From NCBI GenBank assembly GCA_964016885.1, contig CAXHJY010001098.1:15695-79694 (forward strand): a DNA stretch of 64,000 bases, written 5' to 3'. The notes under the pieces are model-generated. The model was given only the letters and a program-made list of their open reading frames with translations. It did not search any database and had not been told where the DNA came from. The stretch comes from Eledone cirrhosa (lineage: Eukaryota). Positions 55,601 through 64,000 of the stretch are shown here, piece by piece (the stretch's first letter is position 1; every line of letters begins with the position of its first letter). The position numbers were made by a program, and so were the translations under genes.

Positions 55601-58600
55601 GAAATTCACGCCGCACATAGCCAATGAGTGTCTGCACATGTACCAGTAATTACAAATCGATCCGACCAGGGGCGGCCGGCCCGCGATTGAAAAGGTAACT
55701 CCGCCGGCAAATCGTCATTTTTGGATTCGTTTTCTTCGAAGCACACCATTCGCCGGCGGACTTTGTTGACGTTTAACACGGTTTGGTTCCACAGCCACAA
55801 CTATTGATTTTACGGAGATATCTTGCTGAAATTCACGCCACACATAGCCAATGAGTGTCTGCACATGTACCAGTAATTACAGATCGATCCGACCACGGGC
55901 GGCCGGCCCGCGATTAAAAAGGTAACTCCGCCGGCAAATCGTCATTTTTGGATTCGTTTTCTTCGAAGCACACCATTCGCCGGCGGACTTTGTTGACGTT
56001 TAACACGGTTTGGTTCCACAGCCACAACTATTGAATTTACGGAGATATCTTGCTGAAATTCACGCCACACATAGCCAATGAGTGTCTGCACATGTACCAG
56101 TAATTACAGATCGATCTGACCACGGGCGGCCGGCCCGCGATTGAAAAGGTAACTCCGCCGGCAAATCGTCATTTTTGGATTCGTTTTCTTCGAAGCACAC
56201 CATTCGCCGGCGGACTTTGTTGACGTTTAACACGGTTTGGTTCCACAGCCACAACTATTGATTTTACGGAGATATCTTGCTGAAATTCACGCCGCACATA
56301 GCCAATGAGTGTCTGCACATGTACCAGTAATTACAGATCGATCCGACCACGGGCGGCCGGCCCGCGATTGAAAAGGTAACTCCGCCGGCAAATCGTCATT
56401 TTTGGATTCGTTTTCTTCGAAGCACACCATTCGCCGGCGGACTTTGTTGACGTTTAACACGGTTTGGTTCCACAGCCACAACTATTGATTTTACGGAGAT
56501 ATCTTGCTGAAATTCACGCCGCACATAGCCAATGAGTGTCTGCACATGTACCAGTAATTACAGATCGATCCGACCACGGGCGGCCGGCCCGCGATTGAAA
56601 AGGTAACTCCGCCGGCAAATCGTCATTTTTGGATTCGTTTTCTTCGAAGCACACCATTCGCCGGCGGACTTTGTTGACGTTTAACACGGTTTGGTTCCAC
56701 AGCCACAACTATTGATTTTACGGAGATATCTTGCTGAAATTCACGCCACACATAGCCAATGAGTGTCTGCACATGTACCAGTAATTACAGATCGATCCGA
56801 CCACGGGCGGCCGGCCCGCGATTAAAAAGGTAACTCCGCCGGCAAATCGTCATTTTTGGATTCGTTTTCTTCGAAGCACACCATTCGCCGGCGGACTTTG
56901 TTGACGTTTAACACGGTTTGGTTCCACAGCCACAACTATTGAATTTACGGAGATATCTTGCTGAAATTCACGCCACACATAGCCAATGAGTGTCTGCACA
57001 TGTACCAGTAATTACAGATCGATCTGACCACGGGCGGCCGGCCCGCGATTGAAAAGGTAACTCCGCCGGCAAATCGTCATTTTTGGATTCGTTTTCTTCG
57101 AAGCACACCATTCGCCGGCGGACTTTGTTGACGTTTAACACGGTTTGGTTCCACAGCCACAACTATTGATTTTACGGAGATATCTTGCTGAAATTCACGC
57201 CGCACATAGCCAATGAGTGTCTGCACATGTACCAGTAATTACAGATCGATCCGACCACGGGCGGCCGGCCCGCGATTGAAAAGGTAACTCCGCCGGCAAA
57301 TCGTCATTTTTGGATTCGTTTTCTTCGAAGCACACCATTCGCCGGCGGACTTTGTTGACGTTTAACACGGTTTGGTTCCACAGCCACAACTATTGATTTT
57401 ACGGAGATATCTTGCTGAAATTCACGCCGCACATAGCCAATGAGTGTCTGCACATGTACCAGTAATTACAGATCGATCCGACCACGGGCGGCCGGCCCGC
57501 GATTGAAAAGGTAACTCCGCCGGCAAATCGTCATTTTTGGATTCGTTTTCTTCGAAGCACACCATTCGCCGGCGGACATTGTTGACGTTTAACACGGTTT
57601 GGTTCCACAGCCACAACTATTGATTTTACGGAGATATCTTGCTGAAATTCACGCCACACATAGCCAATGAGTGTCTGCACATGTACCAGTAATTACAGAT
57701 CGATCCGACCACGGGCGGCCGGCCCGCGATTGAAAAGGTAACTCTGCCGGCAAATCGTCATTTTTGGATTCGTTTTCTTCGAAGCACACCATTCGCCGGC
57801 GGACTTTGTTGACGTTTAACACGGTTTGGTTCCACAGCCACAACTATTGAATTCACGGAGATATCTTGCTGAAATTCACGCCACACATAGCCAATGAGTG
57901 TCTGCACATGTACCAGTAATTACAGATCGATCCGACCACGGGCGGCCGGCCCGCGATTGAAAAGGTAACTCCGCCGGCAAATCGTCATTTTTGGATTCGT
58001 TTTCTTCGAAGCACACCATTCGCCGGCGGACATTGTTGACGTTTAACACGGTTTGGTTCCACAGCCACAACTATTGATTTTACGGAGATATCTTGCTGAA
58101 ATTCACGCCGCACATAGCCAATGAGTGTCTGCACATGTACCAGTAATTACAGATCGATCCGACCACGGGCGGCCGGCCCGCGATTGAAAAGGTAACTCCG
58201 CCGGCAAATCGTCATTTTTGGATTCGTTTTCTTCGAAGCACACCATTCGCCGGCGGACTTTGTTGACGTTTAACACGGTTTGGTTCCACAGCCACAACTA
58301 TTGATGTTACGGAGATATCTTGCTGAAATTCACGCCACACATAGCCAATGAGTGTCTGCACATGTACCAGTAATTACAGATCGATCCGACCACGGGCGGC
58401 CGGCCCGCGATTGAAAAGGTAACTCCGCCGGCAAATCGTCATTTTTGGATTCGTTTTCTTCGAAGCACACCATTCGCCGGCGGACTTTGTTGACGTTTAA
58501 CACGGTTTGGTTCCACAGCCACAACTATTGATTTTATGGAGATATCTTGCTGAAATTCACGCCGCACATAGCCAATGAGTGTCTGCACATGTACCAGTAA

Positions 58601-59464
58601 TTACAGATCGATCCGACCACGGGCGGCCGGTCCGCGATTGAAAAGGTAACTCCGCCGGCAAATCGTCATTTTTGGATTCGTTTTCTTCGAAGCACACCAT
58701 TCGCCGGCGGACTTTGTTGACGTTTAACACGGTTTGGTTCCACAGCCACAACTATTGATTTTACGGAGATATCTTGCTGAAATTCACGCCGCACATAGCC
58801 AATGAGTGTCTGCACATGTACCAGTAATTACAGATCGATCCGACCACGGGCGGCCGGTCCGCGATTGAAAAGGTAACTCCGCCGGCAAATCGTCATTTTT
58901 GGATTCGTTTTCTTCGAAGCACACCATTCGCCGGCGGACTTTGTTGACGTTTAACACGGTTTGGTTCCACAGCCACAACTATTGAATTCACGGAGATATC
59001 TTGCTGAAATTCACGCCACACATAGCCAATGAGTGTCTGCACATGTACCAGTAATTACAGATCGATCCGACCACGGGCGGCCGGCCCGCGATTGAAAAGG
59101 TAACTCCGCCGGCAAATCGTCATTTTTGGATTCGTTTTCTTCGAAGCACACCATTCGCCGGCGGACTTTGTTGACGTTTAACACGGTTTGGTTCCACAGC
59201 CACAACTATTGATTTTACGGAGATATCTTGCTGAAATTCACGCCGCACATAGCCAATGAGTGTCTGCACATGTACCAGTAATTACAGATCGATCCGACCA
59301 CGGGCGGCCGGCCCGCGATTGAAAAGGTAACTCCGCCGGCAAATCGTCATTTTTGGATTCGTTTTCTTCGAAGCACACCATTCGCCGGCGGACTTTGTTG
59401 ACGTTTAACACGGTTTGGTTCCACAGCCACAACTATTGATTTTACGGAGATATCTTGCTGAAAT

Positions 59465-61280
59465 TCACGCCGCACATAGCCAATGGGTGTCTGCACATGT
59501 ACCAGTAATTACAGATCGATCCGACCACGGGCGGCCGGCCCGCGATTGAAAAGGTAACTCCGCCGGCAAATCGTCATTTTTGGATTCGTTTTCTTCGAAG
59601 CACACCATTCGCCGGCGGACATTGTTGACGTTTAACACGGTTTGGTTCCACAGCCACAACTATTGATTTTACGAAGATATCTTGCTGAAATTCACGCCGC
59701 ACATAGCCAATGAGTGTCTGCACATGTACCAGTAATTACAAATCGATCCGACCACGGGCGGCCGGCCCGCGATTGAAAAGGTAACTCCGCCGGCAAATCG
59801 TCATTTTTGGATTCGTTTTCTTCGAAGCACACCATTCGCCGGCGGACTTTGTTGACGTTTAACACGGTTTGGTTCCACAGCCACAACTATTGATTTTACG
59901 GAGATATCTTGCTGAAATTCACGCCACACATAGCCAATGAGTGTCTGCACATGTACCAGTAATTACAGATCGATCCGACCACGGGCGGCCGGCCCGCGAT
60001 TAAAAAGGTAACTCCGCCGGCAAATCGTCATTTTTGGATTCGTTTTCTTCGAAGCACACCATTCGCCGGCGGACTTTGTTGACGTTTAACACGGTTTGGT
60101 TCCACAGCCACAACTATTGAATTTACGGAGATATCTTGCTGAAATTCACGCCACACATAGCCAATGAGTGTCTGCACATGTACCAGTAATTACAGATCGA
60201 TCTGACCACGGGCGGCCGGCCCGCGATTGAAAAGGTAACTCCGCCGGCAAATCGTCATTTTTGGATTCGTTTTCTTCGAAGCACACCATTCGCCGGCGGA
60301 CTTTGTTGACGTTTAACACGGTTTGGTTCCACAGCCACAACTATTGATTTTACGGAGATATCTTGCTGAAATTCACGCCGCACATAGCCAATGGGTGTCT
60401 GCACATGTACCAGTAATTACAGATCGATCCGACCACGGGCGGCCGGCCCGCGATTGAAAAGGTAACTCCGCCGGCAAATCGTCATTTTTGGATTCGTTTT
60501 CTTCGAAGCACACCATTCGCCGGCGGACATTGTTGACGTTTAACACGGTTTGGTTCCACAGCCACAACTATTGATTTTACGAAGATATCTTGCTGAAATT
60601 CACGCCGCACATAGCCAATGAGTGTCTGCACATGTACCAGTAATTACAAATCGATCCGACCACGGGCGGCCGGCCCGCGATTGAAAAGGTAACTCCGCCG
60701 GCAAATCGTCATTTTTGGATTCGTTTTCTTCGAAGCACACCATTCGCCGGCGGACTTTGTTGACGTTTAACACGGTTTGGTTCCACAGCCACAACTATTG
60801 ATTTTACGGAGATATCTTGCTGAAATTCACGCCACACATAGCCAATGAGTGTCTGCACATGTACCAGTAATTACAGATCGATCCGACCACGGGCGGCCGG
60901 CCCGCGATTAAAAAGGTAACTCCGCCGGCAAATCGTCATTTTTGGATTCGTTTTCTTCGAAGCACACCATTCGCCGGCGGACTTTGTTGACGTTTAACAC
61001 GGTTTGGTTCCACAGCCACAACTATTGAATTTACGGAGATATCTTGCTGAAATTCACGCCACACATAGCCAATGAGTGTCTGCACATGTACCAGTAATTA
61101 CAGATCGATCTGACCACGGGCGGCCGGCCCGCGATTGAAAAGGTAACTCCGCCGGCAAATCGTCATTTTTGGATTCGTTTTCTTCGAAGCACACCATTCG
61201 CCGGCGGACTTTGTTGACGTTTAACACGGTTTGGTTCCACAGCCACAACTATTGATTTTACGGAGATATCTTGCTGAAAT
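59465..61280. repeat. 4-monomer (908-bp) tandem duplication
   Basis: The order T147A monomer, G40A monomer, G74A monomer, C48T monomer occurs at 59465-60372 and again at 60373-61280. Confidence 0.8.
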
Positions 61281-64000
61281 TCACGCCGCACATAGCCAAT
61301 GAGTGTCTGCACATGTACCAGTAATTACAGATCGATCCGACCACGGGCGGCCGGCCCGCGATTGAAAAGGTAACTCCGCCGGCAAATCGTCATTTTTGGA
61401 TTCGTTTTCTTCGAAGCACACCATTCGCCGGCGGACTTTGTTGACGTTTAACACGGTTTGGTTCCACAGCCACAACTATTGATTTTACGGAGATATCTTG
61501 CTGAAATTCACGCCGCACATAGCCAATGAGTGTCTGCACATGTACCAGTAATTACAGATCGATCCGACCACGGGCGGCCGGCCCGCGATTGAAAAGGTAA
61601 CTCCGCCGGCAAATCGTCATTTTTGGATTCGTTTTCTTCGAAGCACACCATTCGCCGGCGGACTTTGTTGACGTTTAACACGGTTTGGTTCCACAGCCAC
61701 AACTATTGATTTTACGGAGATATCTTGCTGAAATTCACGCCGCACATAGCCAATGAGTGTCTGCACATGTACCAGTAATTACAAATCGATCCGACCACGG
61801 GCGGCCGGCCCGCGATTGAAAAGGTAACTCCGCCGGCAAATCGTCATTTTTGGATTCGTTTTCTTCGAAGCACACCATTCGCCGGCGGACTTTGTTGACG
61901 TTTAACACGGTTTGGTTCCACAGCCACAACTATTGATTTTACGGAGATATCTTGCTGAAATTCACGCCACACATAGCCAATGAGTGTCTGCACATGTACC
62001 AGTAATTACAGATCGATCCGACCACGGGCGGCCGGCCCGCGATTAAAAAGGTAACTCCGCCGGCAAATCGTCATTTTTGGATTCGTTTTCTTCGAAGCAC
62101 ACCATTCGCCGGCGGACTTTGTTGACGTTTAACACGGTTTGGTTCCACAGCCACAACTATTGAATTTACGGAGATATCTTGCTGAAATTCACGCCACACA
62201 TAGCCAATGAGTGTCTGCACATGTACCAGTAATTACAGATCGATCTGACCACGGGCGGCCGGCCCGCGATTGAAAAGGTAACTCCGCCGGCAAATCGTCA
62301 TTTTTGGATTCGTTTTCTTCGAAGCACACCATTCGCCGGCGGACTTTGTTGACGTTTAACACGGTTTGGTTCCACAGCCACAACTATTGATTTTACGGAG
62401 ATATCTTGCTGAAATTCACGCCGCACATAGCCAATGAGTGTCTGCACATGTACCAGTAATTACAGATCGATCCGACCACGGGCGGCCGGCCCGCGATTGA
62501 AAAGGTAACTCCGCCGGCAAATCGTCATTTTTGGATTCGTTTTCTTCGAAGCACACCATTCGCCGGCGGACTTTGTTGACGTTTAACACGGTTTGGTTCC
62601 ACAGCCACAACTATTGATGTTACGGAGATATCTTGCTGAAATTCACGCCGCACATAGCCAATGAGTGTCTGCACATGTACCAGTAATTACAGATCGATCC
62701 GACCACGGGCGGCCGGCCCGCGATTGAAAAGGTAACTCCGCCGGCAAATCGTCATTTTTGGATTCGTTTTCTTCGAAGCACACCATTCGCCGGCGGACAT
62801 TGTTGACGTTTAACACGGTTTGGTTCCACAGCCACAACTATTGATTTTACGGAGATATCTTGCTGAAATTCACGCCACACATAGCCAATGAGTGTCTGCA
62901 CATGTACCAGTAATTACAGATCGATCCGACCACGGGCGGCCGGCCCGCGATTGAAAAGGTAACTCCGCCGGCAAATCGTCATTTTTGGATTCGTTTTCTT
63001 CGAAGCACACCATTCGCCGGCGGACTTTGTTGACGTTTAACACGGTTTGGTTCCACAGCCACAACTATTGAATTCACGGAGATATCTTGCTGAAATTCAC
63101 GCCACACATAGCCAATGAGTGTCTGCACATGTACCAGTAATTACAGATCGATCCGACCACGGGCGGCCGGCCCGCGATTGAAAAGGTAACTCCGCCGGCA
63201 AATCGTCATTTTTGGATTCGTTTTCTTCGAAGCACACCATTCGCCGGCGGACATTGTTGACGTTTAACACGGTTTGGTTCCACAGCCACAACTATTGATT
63301 TTACGGAGATATCTTGCTGAAATTCACGCCACACATAGCCAATGAGTGTCTGCACATGTACCAGTAATTACAGATCGATCCGACCACGGGCGGCCGGCCC
63401 GCGATTGAAAAGGTAACTCCGCCGGCAAATCGTCATTTTTGGATTCGTTTTCTTCGAAGCACACCATTCGCCGGCGGACTTTGTTGACGTTTAACACGGT
63501 TTGGTTCCACAGCCACAACTATTGATTTTACGGAGATATCTTGCTGAAATTCACGCCGCACATAGCCAATGAGTGTCTGCACATGTACCAGTAATTACAG
63601 ATCGATCCGACCACGGGCGGCCGGCCCGCGATTGAAAAGGTAACTCCGCCGGCAAATCGTCATTTTTGGATTCGTTTTCTTCGAAGCACACCATTCGCCG
63701 GCGGACATTGTTGACGTTTAACACGGTTTGGTTCCACAGCCACAACTATTGATTTTACGGAGATATCTTGCTGAAATTCACGCCACACATAGCCAATGAG
63801 TGTCTGCACATGTACCAGTAATTACAGATCGATCCGACCACGGGCGGCCGGCCCGCGATTGAAAAGGTAACTCCGCCGGCAAATCGTCATTTTTGGATTC
63901 GTTTTCTTCGAAGCACACCATTCGCCGGCGGACTTTGTTGACGTTTAACACGGTTTGGTTCCACAGCCACAACTATTGATTTTACGGAGATATCTTGCTG

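Larger units (their letters stand above)
1..64000. repeat. Tandem satellite array, 227-bp monomer, ~282 head-to-tail copies, ~99% monomer identity
   Basis: The unit catagccaatgagtgtc...ctgaaattcacgcc(g/a)ca recurs every 227 bp. Every ORF-track start is 218 + 227k (63778-218 = 280x227), so the register is never broken. The array runs off both window ends. Confidence 0.99.

Noticed and set aside
218-63972. Repeated 64-aa minus-strand ORF (MWLWNQTV...LCAA/VA) as a multicopy protein gene
   Set aside because: It starts at TTG, I recognise no domain, and only 32 bp separate the copies. Fifteen copies carry a nonsense allele (G74A, CAA>TAA) that is amplified freely. My allele tally (~7 synonymous, ~10 missense, 1 nonsense) is too small to show purifying selection. 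An open frame of this length is unremarkable in a 49% GC monomer. Ribo-seq or proteomics could overturn this.
1-64000. CRISPR array
   Set aside because: There are no unique spacers: the entire 227-bp unit is repeated, and no cas genes are present.
1-64000. Rolling-circle/MDA concatemer of one 227-nt circle, or a synthetic array
   Set aside because: A single-template concatemer would not show shared alleles in nested 3- to 40-monomer duplications and regional domains. Local mis-assembly of individual blocks cannot be excluded without reads.

Overview
The whole 64,000-bp window is a single head-to-tail tandem array of a 227-bp monomer (about 282 copies, one orientation, both ends outside the window). 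I see no genes, insertions or indels. The consensus (monomer positions 1-227 = window 1-227) is about 49% GC and CpG-rich (about 20 CpG, hand-counted obs/exp about 1.5). Copies differ by 0-3 SNVs drawn from about 27 alleles that I could read. Those SNVs reveal nested block duplications (3-, 4-, 6-, 7-, 14-, 17-, 33-, 40-monomer periods) and three regional haplotype domains. This is typical of a young, actively homogenising satellite, possibly centromeric or pericentromeric. The repeated 64-aa minus-strand ORF is most likely incidental. The monomer is unusually rich in dyad symmetry, and several recurrent SNVs lengthen palindromes. It also carries a splice-donor plus Sm-site-like motif pair in its least variable part, which raises a speculative spliced-leader/snRNA-like gene array hypothesis. 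I could not assign the satellite to a named family or organism. All counts were made by eye and need computational confirmation.
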